From the NCBI GenBank assembly GCA_001724265.1, contig MEDY01000106.1, positions 1-64,000 of the forward strand: a DNA stretch of 64,000 bases, read 5' to 3'. The translations under genes were made by a program, and so were the position numbers. Below, in pieces: positions 25,301 through 37,276 of the stretch. The first letter of the stretch is position 1. Each line of letters starts with the position of its first letter. The notes below the pieces were generated by a model, which saw only the letters and a program-made list of their open reading frames with translations, did no database searches and was not told where the DNA came from. Origin of the DNA: Rhizaria sp. SCN 62-66 (lineage: Eukaryota).

Positions 25301-28300
25301 AGCAGCCTTGACAAGCATCCTCAGCATAGCAGAGCCCTTGCTGCGGCTGCGCAAGTGCTTCTGCTGCCGCTGCTGCTGCTGTTGCTGATGCTGTTGCTGA
25401 TCACCGTGTCCCTGATGCTGTTGTTGCTGCTGTTGGAACATTGGCGAAGGCGAATGAGACTGTGAATGCGTCTGCGACTGGGATTGCGAATGTGAGGGCG
25501 ACTTTGTGGGCGACGGCGACGGCGACGGCGAGTGCAAACGCGACGCAAGAGCGCTCGCAATGCCGCTGCTGCTGCAGCTGCCACTGCCGCTGTTTGTGGC
25601 AGAGCTCAAGCTACTGAGACTGCTGCTGTTGTTCTTGTTAATGCTGCTGCTCAGAGGGGTCGGTGACAGAGGGCCGAAGGTGAACCGCTTGACGTCGAGA
25701 GGCGGCTTGGGCGGCGGCTTAACTTCCACAACGACGGGGCCATTACCAGTCGTCGCTGATAATGCTTTAGACTCATTCGTACCAAGCCGAGGCTGCCCCT
25801 TCGGCGATGACAATGATGAAACAACGACAGTAGTCAACTCAGGAACCGGTAAGGGCTCCAAATCTAACTCTTTCTGCTGCTGCTGTTGCTGCTCTTGCTC
25901 ATGCCCTTGCTCCAGCTGCTGATGTTGTTGCTGCTGATGCGGCTGTTGCTGTTGCTGTTGTTGTTGTTGCTGATCGTTCTCTGGTGATTGTGGATGCTGT
26001 TGACTCTTCTTGCCACTCTTACCACGCCTGCCTGTGCCGGCGGTACTTACATCCGCGTCTAAGTACCCCCTTAGAATGTAGGTCGCCATCACGCCCTTGC
26101 CCTTGACCCGAATACGGCCGCGCCGCTGCAAGTCGAACCTCTTAGGTGCACTCGTACTCACACCGTCGCTGCCGTGAAGGCTCTCAGCGCCGCCGCCGCC
26201 GCCGCCGCCGCCGCCCCCGCCGCCGCTGCTGTTGCTCGGGCTGTTGCCTTGACTACCGCTGCCGCTGCTGCTGCCGCTGTTATGACTGCCGCTGCGGCAG
26301 TGGACGACGCTGCGTTTGACAAGGCTGTATGTGGCCTTGGACAGCTGTATCATGCCGCCCTCGGCTGTCGACTGCATGCGCGAAGCTGTGTTGACGGTGT
26401 CGCCGAAGAGGCGTAGGCGGGGGAGCTTGAGCCCGATCACGCCCGAGATGACGGGGCCAGAGTGCACGCCGATGCGGAACTGCACGGACTGCGTCGTCGT
26501 CTCCACAACTACCTTGCTCTTGCCGCCGCCGCCGCTTTTGGCCACAGGACTGCTGTTGTTAGAGCTGGCTTCGAACTGACCGAAGCTTGAGTAGTTCGCA
26601 AAGCTCGAGCTCATATTTGCAGCAGCAGTCTCGCCGGCGTCGTCGCTGTCCGCATCGCTGTCGGTGGCAGGGACCTCGACCTCGTCGTGAAACGCGAGCT
26701 GGAACGTGTCCGCGGCGGCCTGCAGCTCCAGCGCCAGCTCACACAACGCCTCAGCGTGGCGAGGGTTGTGGACGAGGACGCCCGCGGCCACCATGTACAC
26801 CTCACCGACCGTCTCGACCTTGTAGACGTCGCTGTAACGGTCCAGAATGCCGTCAAAGGCGGTGAAGATGTGGTTCAGGAATAGCAGGACGTCCTTGGCG
26901 TCGAGGAACTCCACCAGCAGCTTGAAGTCCGAGATGTCGCAAAAGAGCACCGAGGCCTGGTGGGACAGAGACGCCGTCGTGCTGAGGGGGTCCGTGGCCG
27001 TCGAGTCGATGAACCTCAACGCGGACTTTGTCAGCACCTGGGCCTGGGACTCGGCCTCGGCGAGGGTCAGCGCAAGGGTGGAGTCGATGTCGAGGTCGGC
27101 GTCAGAATCAGAATCAGAAACATCAGAATCAGAGTCAGAGTCTGAGCCAGAGTCTGAGCCAGAGTCTGAGCCAGAGTCCTGATTATCGCTCACCATGACA
27201 ACGCCAGCCGCTGTGCCGCTACGCTTGCGTTGCTGCTTCTTCTTAAGCAAGTGTTGAAGCCGCTCTAAAGCAGCAATCGCGTCGACATTGATGTTCTCGC
27301 TCGTCAAGTGCGTTGTCAGCGCGTGTGACGAGGCCAGGTAGCTCTGCAGGACACGGTAGCAGTCGCTGCCGCTGCCGTATCTGCTGCTGCTCGCGCTGAC
27401 TGCGCTACTGTGGTGCGACCGGGACTGCGCTTGAGAAGGGACGAGAGTCTGCAAGAGCTCGAGAGTGAACTTGCTTTCGTCAAGGTCATCAGCATCAGTC
27501 TCGTCATCGTCGTCGTCGTCGTCGTCGTCATTGTCACCATTCTTGCTCTTAAGGCGCTTATTACCCTTGTTTTTGCTCTTGCTCTTGGTGTTATCGTTGC
27601 TAGTATAGTACTGTAAGAGGAAGAGGGACCGGTATGACTGGTCGTAAAGAGAATGCAAGTGAATTAGCAACGCGGTTCCGAAGAAATGCAGAGTTACTAA
27701 CAGATGTGTGCGTGATGATGGCAAGATGAACTTGAGCACCGCAGAAATCGAGTCGTAGAGCGTGGAAGTTAAGCCGCAGATGACTGAAGAAGCCAACTCA
27801 ACGAAAGCGGTCAAAGTAAAGCCGCCAGCGCCAGCGACAAAGGTTGGAGCAATGAAAAGCTGCACAATGAGCAAAGCGACCAAGATTGCCACCGAAGAGA
27901 CAATGAGAGGACGGAGAGCAGCGAGCTTCCGGACGTAGGGATGAATCAAGCGGGAGCTAATCATGGCAGCCTTTTTCTTCGAGTGCTTCGTTGGACTCTG
28001 AGCAGGCGTTGCTGTCGGGGTCTTTGTAGCAGTCACTTTTGCTGTTTCTGCTTCCACCGCCCTTGTTGCTGCTGCTGTTGTTGTTGTTGCTGTGAAGCGA
28101 GTAAACAGCTTGGACGCGGTAAAAGCAACAAGTGCGAGAACGATAACGCGCACGAGTTCAGTGACAATACCCACAACAGCTTCACTAATCGACTCGCTGC
28201 TAACGGCAGTGATTGTTGCAGTGTACGCGACAAAGGCCGCCCAGCAGACCGCCACAGCTGCAGCAGCAGAGTGGCCGTGAGCAGTGTGACCGTGAGCAGA

Positions 28301-31300
28301 AGCAGCGCCGCTGAAAAACAGCGTAAACAAGCACGATATCAGCATAAGCAACGGTGATGGCAACGGCGACTGCGATTCAGGTTGTGAAAGCGACCGTGAC
28401 TGTGAGTATAGAGGGACAACGAGATATTGTAAAAAGACAACGAGTGCGACTAACGAGGCGTTAAGAAGGTAAGCCGCGTTGATGAACTTCGCCGCACGCT
28501 TAAGATCTTCAGACCTCAAGTTAGCCGCTTCGAAAAGTGTAGCCGCGAACTTTTTGTAAGCCGCCTTAATCCGACACACAGTGCCAACATCGGTAGCAGT
28601 TGTGTTTGCACTGCTACCGCTGTCGAGGAGAGAACTGTTGTTGTCGTCGTTACAGGGCGTGCTAACGAGTTTGTGAGACTTGTAAAGCAAAATCAGCACA
28701 GGCAGAGGCAACAGCAACAACCACAGTAGTTGTGAACTCGTGTTCGCCGCATAGCTGCCACGACTCGGGGTGAACATGACGCAGAACACCAGCGCAAGTT
28801 GCAGCGCAAGAGCGAGCGTGACAAAGTGACTGTGGGCGTGAGTGTAGAACCTCTGGTACGCGTGCTCAAGCGTACCATGACTGAAGCCCCTCGAAGGCCA
28901 CACCAACGACAGAGCGTCACTCACGAGTCCAGTAATCACGTGCCCACCGCTGATGATGCTGCTATTATTGCTGTTAATGTTGTTGCTAGTGTTAGTGATG
29001 ATAGTACTCGAAATAAAGCCGCCGTGCAACTCGACAGCGGCTTGACTTAGCACAGCCCTAGGATACTTTGACAGATCGCTGTCGCCACTGTCCGTGTGTT
29101 CATCTTCGTCACTGTCACTACCACTGTTAGTCACACCATCACTGGTCCCAATAGTACCACTCGGACCCATACTGCCACTGCGAGCGCCCTTAAATGCTTT
29201 AGCCCGGGGGTTTTCGGTCCCGGCGCCGGGCAGCAGGAAGCGCTCCCAGCGCCCGGGCCCGTGTGGCCGCAGCCGCTGCTGCGGCGGAAGCTGCAACCTC
29301 AGCGGCTGCGCGGCGGGGGCCGGGGCAGGGGCCAGGGCGATGGGGGGAGTCGCAGGAGTGGACTCAGATAACACAGTCGAGACGGATGATGTCGGCGACA
29401 CGTTATCGGCATCAACGGTAGCAGCGGTAGTCGCGGCAGCCGGAGCGTCAAACGCAAAGGCAGGCATATGGGGAGTCGTCGGGCCATAGGTAGAGGGAGA
29501 AACGGGGGCTAGACCGGGGGGTGCATACGCAGTCAGCGTTATAGAGCCAGAGCCAGAGCCAAAGCTCGGGCCAGAGACAGTGCCAAAGCCGTAGACAGAG
29601 GCAGGGGCAGGGGGGGCATATGCAGAGCCTGGGGCCAGAGACACAGCGGGGGCGGGGGCAAAGGCGGCGGCTGAGCCGGCGGCGTAACCCTCACTGCTGA
29701 AGCTGGAGGACAGGGGGGGCATCAGCTGCGGAGGCGGGGGGTTGAGGTCGGACGCGCTCAGTCCCAGCGCAGTCAGGCTGTAAGAGCCGTCATCGTACCG
29801 CTGATCGAGCTCCTGCTCCTGCTCCTGCTCCTGCTCCTCTGGCGGGTGTTGAAGCTGCAGTTGCGGCTGCTGTCGCGGCGGCCCAGCCTCCTGCTCGCAC
29901 CGATACTGCTGTTGTGTCGAGAGCATGAGAGACGCGATCGCTGCGGGATCAGCCGTTGTCGCTGATGCAGCGGCGGCGGCGGCGGCAGCGGCGGCAGCGG
30001 CGGCGGCGGCGGCGGCTGCAAGCGGCGGCGCTGGCGCGACTTCTCCTGCCGCCGGTGCGGAGTGCGACAGCACGGGTAAGGCGGGACTTGAGGCAACAGC
30101 GCAATCTGTAGCTGACACCGCAGCAGCAGCAGCAGCAGCAGGAGTAAAACACACAGCAGGACCAACATCAACAGCAATGGCGTCGCCAGCAGCAGCGCTG
30201 AAACCGGTGTCAGCACAAGACGCAGTCGGTGTCACGGCAGCAGCCGACGACAACCGTAGCTGTGGCTGCAGCTGAGACTGCGGCCGCGGCTGCGCCAGCG
30301 AGTCCTGCGCCTCGGACAGCAGTGACTGCGACTGCATCTGCAGCTGCAGGTATAGCTGTTGCGGGTTGCTGTGGCGATGCCTCAGCCGCCGGGGCCCGCT
30401 GCCGCTGCCGCTGGTGCTGCTGCGCTGGCTGCTGTTGGGGTTGTTAATGTTGTTGTTATTGATGTTGTTGTTGTTGTTGTTGCTGCTGCTGAGGTTGTGG
30501 TTTGTGATGCTGTTGCTGGTGCCAGTGCTGTTGGAGTTGCTGTTGCTGCGGAGCAGCTCGGGATTTCCGTGGAAACACGCAGACAACCTCGCCATTGCGT
30601 CCGCTCCTGAAGCCAGCGCAGACGCTGACGCAGACGCTGACGCAGAAGCGGACGCAGAAGCGGACGCAGACGCCGATGCTGCTGCTAAGGCCGACGCAAG
30701 CACTGACGCGGACGCTGACGCTGATGCCAAGGCCGACGCCGACGCAAGGGCGGTGGGTTCAGACAGCTCCGAAGGCGACAGCTCACCAGCGCCGGCGGCG
30801 ACAGCAGCAGCGCCTCTGTCTCTGGCCACGCAAGCCGCCTCCGCGCTGTCCGCCTCAGCCAACGTCACCGTCACCGCCGCCGCGGCGGCGGCGGCTCTGG
30901 CGGGGGGGATGATCGTCGCAGAGGGGGACGACGCCGCCGTCGTCGTCGTCGCAGCTGTCGTGTCTGTGTCACTGAGGGAGATCTTTAGCGGGCCAACGGG
31001 CCTGAGGGCAGTCACTGACAGTGCATTCGTCGCGTCAGCGGCGTTGACAGTAGGAGCGGCGGTGAAATGACCGTGAGCAGCTGAGGCGGAGTGACCGTGG
31101 GCAGCGGAATGATCGTGGGCAGCGGAATACTGTTCCAGAGTGACGGTCGCAGTCTCCGGATTCGTCTGCCGCTGACCACTACTCGCAGCACCAGCAGTTG
31201 CTGACAATAAAGAAGAAGGAGAAGAAACAGGGATTGAAGTCATAACCTCGCTCTTTGTGCGGTTGATCGCCAGCGCGAGGACACCCTGCCCGTGGAACCC

Positions 31301-31567
31301 GTACCCGTGGGTACGGGGAACACCTGGCCCCCCAGAAGCCAAGGTTGCGGGGGGGGCGGGCCTCAGAGAGTCGGTCACCCAGCCGCTGGCGCTTGTGCCG
31401 CCGCCGATGATAGCACCGCTGCTGTTAGCCGGCTTGGGCAGGAAAAACTGGCTAGTAGTCTCGCCTCTACTAGCACCTGCTCCTGAAGCTGTTACCGCTG
31501 TTGTTGTTGTTGTTGCTGTAGCTGTCGCGCGTCTCAGCAAAGCGGCCTGCGTCGCAGCAGCGGCAGT

Positions 31568-31600
<33 letters not shown>

Positions 31601-32783
31601 GGCACTCGAATCTCCTTGCTTCCAAGGCGTTAAGTCCCCCTTATGCCGCGGCGAAGGACTGCTCCCGAGGGGGCTGAAGACGCCGCTGACGTGGGCCCTG
31701 GCGTCTAAATCCGCCAGAATGTAAGGGGCCAGAGGGAGGTGGGACGAGGTGGGTGTAAGAGCTGGGCCGTGCTTGAAGCCGGCGAGCGCAGAGCTTCCGT
31801 TGTTGTTGTTGTTTCTGCAATCGTGGTCAGTTGCGACTACGGCGCCAGCGGCGGCGGCGTCAGCAGCAATAACAACAGCGTTGAAGTTGCTGTTGGCGTT
31901 ATTAGTCGCGTCACAGATCTCACAGCCGCTACTGTTGTTGTTGTTGTTATGATCATCATCACCATCGTCCTCAGCAGCAACAGAAACAGCAGCATTGCCA
32001 ATCAGGCTATCAGGGGCGACATTAGCGTTGCAAAGGCTCGCTGTTGCCAACACAGGACTTGTCACAGCACTAGAGCACGCGCTGCCGCTCCCGGCATTGT
32101 TACTACGGCAGCTGTCAGCGGCAGAGCTAGAGCTGTTCTTATTGCTGTTATTGTTGCTGTTGATAACGGCAAGGTTACGACTTGTGTCATTGACGGTCAT
32201 TGCGCCGCGACGTGACTTAAAGTCAAGCCGCGAGCCGTCGAAGTTGAGCCGCTGCTCCTTGTCTAGCGCAAGAAAATCAGCGTTGTTGTTGTGAACGCTG
32301 TTGTTGTTATCAGGGTTAAGTCGCTGTGCTCCGAAGCTAAGCCGCGGGTCAACGATAGGACTGGTCTTGTTGACAAAAGCAATGCCATCATCATCATCGC
32401 TATGGTGAAGAACGTCACAGCAAGTGTTGCCACCGGTGTAGTTGTTGTTTTCGTTCCCAATCGTCTGAATAGCACTGTCATCAGCAAGCGGACTGCCGTT
32501 ATGGTCACTCATATCGTCTGTGTTCACACTCGCATTCACAGGATTAGTGCCATAAACCGCATTGTTGGCAGAACGGCTGGAGAGAGCATTCGTGTTGTTA
32601 CTCGCCACCATCGGGTTGACGCTGAGACTGTTGGTCAAACTCTGACGTGCGATCGACGGCCGTAAGCTAAGCCGAGGCGACGAGTTAAGTCGCGGCGCGA
32701 AGTTAAGCCGCGGTGACGCAGCAGGCGACGGCAACGTCGACGATGACGGCAACGATGAGGGTTGTTGCTGTTGCTGTTGTTGC

Positions 32784-32816
<33 letters not shown>

Positions 32817-35239
32817 ATGTGCTACTGCTGAGGCGGCGGCGGCGGCAGCGGCGGGAAATGCGACAACACTACCCCCGCAGCAGCAGCAGCCGCCGCAGCA
32901 GCCGCAGCAGCAGTGTTCGTGATCGCGTTCGTGTTGCTGTTAGCGCTGCTGTGCTGGTGCAGCAAGTGGTTGTGGCCGGCGTGGACCTGGACACCGCCCG
33001 CGTTGTTGTTGTTGTTGTTGTTGCTGCTGCTGCTGAGTCGGGCGCGGCTGCTGCGGTGGGGGCTGCTGTTGTTGCTGTTGCGCCCGCTATCGCTATTGCT
33101 ATTGCCATTGCCGTTGGCGCTCGCGCCATCGCGGTCGCGGGCACTCGAGTTGGCTGTGCCAGGGACGCTGCTGGTAATACTGCTCTGGCCCTGGCCGTGA
33201 GAGAGAGCGTGACCGTGAGCGCGACCGTGAGCGTGACCGTGAGCAGCATGGGCAACATGGGCAGCAGCGTGGCTTGAATTCAAGTTAAGCCGCCGCGACA
33301 CCTCCAAAGGAGACAGTATGTCATCTTCCCTCTGGCTGGGCAAGTACAGTTGCTGCTACTGTTGTTGTTGCTCTAAGAGCTGTTGTTGCTGCTGCCACTG
33401 CAGCTGCTGCAACTGCAACCGCTGCATTTGCATCTGTAGCTGCATCTGCTGCTGCTGTAGCTGCTGCTGTTGCTGCTGCAGCATTGTGATGCTCGAGTTG
33501 ATGAGATTGGGGCTAGGGCTCGGACTGGAGCAAGGGCTGCTGTGGCTGCAGCTGCTGCTGGTGGTGTCGGAGACGGAGTTGCTGCTGTGGCGAATTAACG
33601 CCATGATCCTCTGATTATTGTTGTTGCTGGTATTGATGTTGTTGCTATAGGAGTACATAGGCGGGCTAGGAGACGGGCTCGGGCTCGGCATCAGGCTGTG
33701 TGACACACTGGCACTGACACGCGCACTCGCACCAACTCTATTCCCCACGCCAACGCCAGCGCCAATGCTATTAGCAGTGCCAGCGCCAGTGCCATTAGCG
33801 CCAGCGCCAGCGCCAGAGCAAGTGGCATTCAATGCGCCATTGAAGCTGCTGAGGCCGACACTGCTGCTGCTGCTGCTGCTGTTCAAACCAACACCACTAG
33901 TGCTGTGTCTATAGCTGTGGCCTAAACGGGGTCGCGGGCTACGGCTATATTGCTGCTGCTGCTGCGGCGGCGGCTGCTGCTGGAGTTGCTGTTGCTGTTG
34001 CTGCTGCTGTTGCTGGTTGCTGCTGTTGCTATTGATCAAGTGACCGTGAGCAGCAACAGCAGACGCAGAGTGACCGTGGGAGCTGATGGGTGAAAGCACG
34101 TAGCTATTGCTGATCCCAAAACCACCGACGTTACCGCTACTGATATTGTTGTTATTGTTGTTGTTACTATTGTTGTTGTTGCTACTGCCCGCTGTGGGGC
34201 TGAGGTTGCTGTTGAGCCCGGTGACAACGCTGCCGCCGCCAGGGTGGCTAAAGACGACGCTGCCACTGCGACCGTGTCGGTCACCGCCGCCACCGCCCCC
34301 GCCCCCGCCGCCGCCTCCTTGGCTTGCGTTGGCGTTGATGCTGCTGACGACGCTGCTGCTGTTGCTGCTCGCGCGGGGACGGTTGCTGCTGTTGTTGTTG
34401 TTGTTATAGCTATAGCTGTTGTTGTAGGCAACGAATCCTGAGCTACTCAACGTCGTATCAGCAGCGTTAGCAACATTCGCACTAGTCACATTCGCAGTCG
34501 CTGCGCATTGAGCGTTGCCGGAATTATGAGGGCTGTAGCAATTGGCGTTGTTGGCAGCGCCGGCGCCCGCATGCACGTGAAAGTACGGACTGTGCGGGCG
34601 ATGTGGGCTGAGCGGACTGTGCTGGCTCTGGGGGCTCTGGGAGATGCCGTTGTTGTTGTTGCCATTGGTGTTGTTGTTGTGGTGGGGATAGAAGCTACCA
34701 TTGGAGCTATGAGGGCTATGGGGACTATGTGGGTCATTGTAAGTGCCCGCGCCCACGCCCGTGTGAGTACCACTCGCCGCCGCCGCCGCCGCTGCTGCGA
34801 GAGCCGCCTGCAGTGGCGGCGGCGGCGGTGGTGACACCGGGGGCGTCGGCGTTGAAGCTGCCGTTGCCGCTGCCGCGATATGCGTCGTTTGCGTCGTCAA
34901 AATAGCGCCACCGATGGTGATGGTGCGAGTACTGAGGCGCCGGTAGAGGCTGCTGACGCTGCTGCTGGCGCTGGGGGCGCCGCTACCGCTGCTGCCGCCG
35001 CCGCCGCTGCCCACGGTCGCATGCCCTAGCCCCTGCCCATGTCCCTGTCCGTGCTGTGTGTAAGAAGGGTGATACGGGCGGGGCGTTGGAGGAGAGCTCG
35101 GGGACTGCAGCGGCGGCGAACGCTGCGGCTGCTGCTGCGGCGGCGGCTGCTGGTACTGTTGCTGTAGTTGTGGTGGCCAGGGAGACCTGCCGCCGCTGAC
35201 GCTGCTGCTAGCGCTGGCGCTGGGTCGCCGCGAGTCCAT
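22394..35239 (-). CDS. giant multi-transmembrane class III nucleotide cyclase, guanylyl-cyclase-like (~4280 aa, apparently intronless, three in-frame TAG)
   Basis: ORFs 35239-33356, 33343-32822 and 32752-22397 share one frame and are separated only by TAG. A TGA follows the last TAG at 22394-22396. Hydrophobic helices at ~27650-28840. Cyclase domain at ~26340-26960 with SVLFCDI, YKVETVGEVYMVAAG, RIGVHSGPVISGVIG and LFGDTVNTASRMQST. Confidence 0.85.
33209..33244. repeat. tandem copies of dispersed 12-mer GTGACCGTGAGC
   Basis: Exact copies at 19704, 19722, 23468, 28286, 33209, 33233, 34040 and 48919, and reverse complement at 4670. Confidence 0.75.
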
Positions 35240-36140
35240 TCCACCCGGGCACGGTCACCGGCGCGCGGGGCTAACTCGCGGGTAAAACGGGGCGCGGGCA
35301 CAAGACGTGGAAGGGGCGAGCGAGGGGCAGATAAGCGGCAGTGGCGGGACACGAAGAGGCTCGGGCAGGCGATCCTTAACGCGCGTCTGCAGACACGCTG
35401 TGAGGGGATATAAGAAAATTCTATCCGGAAATCAAAAGATAATCAAATAGAAGTATCACCGAAATTGTTATGTACGCAGGCGTGAGGTTTATGAAGTGAA
35501 ATTCGATGGAAGCGCAATACAAGACCGGGTGTTTAACGTGGTGTGAAGTTGTGACAACAATGAGCCACTGTGCATGATAAGCATAACTAAGCGTCATATT
35601 AATATGAAAGAACATGGTTGTTGTAAATAAAACTCTTATCAATGCAACTGCATTTCGCATGACGGAGGATGGAGAGCGTGCAGCGCTGTTAAATCTAGCC
35701 GAAATGTTGCCTCCGACCGACTGGTTTTTGTTTTGGTTGAGCTCAGCCTCGAATCACACTGTACACTCATTTAACGGAGCAAAATCGCGAGATATAGCCT
35801 CAAAAGCACAGTATCCGTAATCCATCAAAGGACATATGTTGGTATAACTTGGTTAAAAAGCTATGTATACTGGATATATCGTTGGATTTGCGTCGGTCTG
35901 GCCATTCGAAACTGGCCAAACAAAACCACTTGAAGGCCAATATCAGCCGCAAACCAGCAACAAACCACTCATAACAATCTGTCGTTGGTTCACTCTAACG
36001 CTCTATGTAGTAAAACAGCCTCAAAAAGTGTTCTTAAGTTGTTTCATCGAGGTTTCCAAAGAAAGATATGACGACTGAGAGAGCGTGTAACGGTTCTTGC
36101 TCTCATTCCTTGCTTTCGCCCAAAATAGGCGCCGCGCACC

Positions 36141-36942
36141 TCAAGGCAGCTCCGACGTGCAGAAGTGCGGCCCTGACATGCGGAGCCGCACGGGTACGTT
36201 GTTGCTGATGAGTTTGCGCAGCACAGCTCCGTCCTGGCCATAGATGATTCCGCCCGGGATCGGGATCACTGTTTAACACACACAAAACGAGAGATTTGAA
36301 GCTATATATGAGCACGTGTAAAAACAAAACGTAAGTATAACATAAAATAGTAAATCTAATATAATATATCAAATTATTATTTGGATAAGCGATGGTTATG
36401 TTCACCTACCGCGTGTTTTTCCCTCTGTTCCCCAGGACGGCATGGGCAGCGAGTCGTCTATCTCGTTAGACACCACAAACGCGATTCCGCCTATAGATGC
36501 GCGGAAACACAGCAAAATAAAACAAAAATGAGTGAAAGGCTAGATCTCGAGTAGGTTTATCCGAAAAAATGTGATTTTAGATAGTTACACGCGTACCTGC
36601 TTCCTCGATATGCTGCGCCTTTTTGTAAAACTCGCATCCGCCGCGGACGACGATGACAATGGTGTCTTGCACCTCCTCGCTGTTAGTCAGCGGGCTACAC
36701 CCGTCCGCGGGCTCCGCGACCGTGGTAAAAGCCTCAACGTCGTTGAACACTGCGGGCAGGGCGGAGAACTGGGCGAACGTGATGGGCAGAGCATAGGTGC
36801 TCATCTCGGCAGGCTCCACGACGCGGAGATTCGAGTTGAACGTCGACATCCGGTGGAACGCAAAGACGTCGCCCAAAAACAGGCTAAAAAGCACAAAAGC
36901 ACAAAACTGTGCCGAAAATGTCCTCAAAGACTTCAATCGCAT
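36141..36942 (-). CDS. small secreted stand-alone PA (protease-associated) domain protein, PRADC1-like
   Basis: Exons 36942-36597, 36490-36406, 36268-36141. Signal-peptide-like N-terminus, then AEPADGCSPLTN, IVIVVRGGCEFYKKAQHIEEAGGIAFVVSN and IPIPGGIIYGQDGAVLRKL. Ends in TGA. The start codon is uncertain. Confidence 0.8.
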
Positions 36943-37276
36943 CTTGACGATCAAATTTGCCCACAAAGCATCAACAAAGTTCATGCACCAACGTTGACTC
37001 ATCACTCGGCCAGTGCAAGTTGTCGCTGCACAAGTCACTCACACTGGCGAAGCCACAAATGAGATACAAAGCACTCGATTCTATGAAACTTTTGACTGTA
37101 TTATAGATTTACAAAATATATTTTCATCATTATTTACATTTTTATCATCATCACCATCATCATAAGCCATCAAGCCCCTTCTAAACTTAACACAGATCAG
37201 AAAACAAGGCCTCACGCTTTCACACCCCACCCATCGATTAGTTGCTCACAATGCTGTTTCGCGTTTCGCAGTGAAC

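Noticed and set aside
27098-27180. Tandem 6- and 12-bp repeats and other microsatellites resembling an array
   Set aside because: These are coding Asp-Ser-Gly repeats without unique spacers; not CRISPR or a mobile element.
19560-35239. CFAP57-like and cyclase genes as pseudogenes with nonsense mutations
   Set aside because: Every interruption is TAG. There are no TAA/TGA interruptions or frameshifts over more than 25 kb of coding sequence, and the splice sites are intact.
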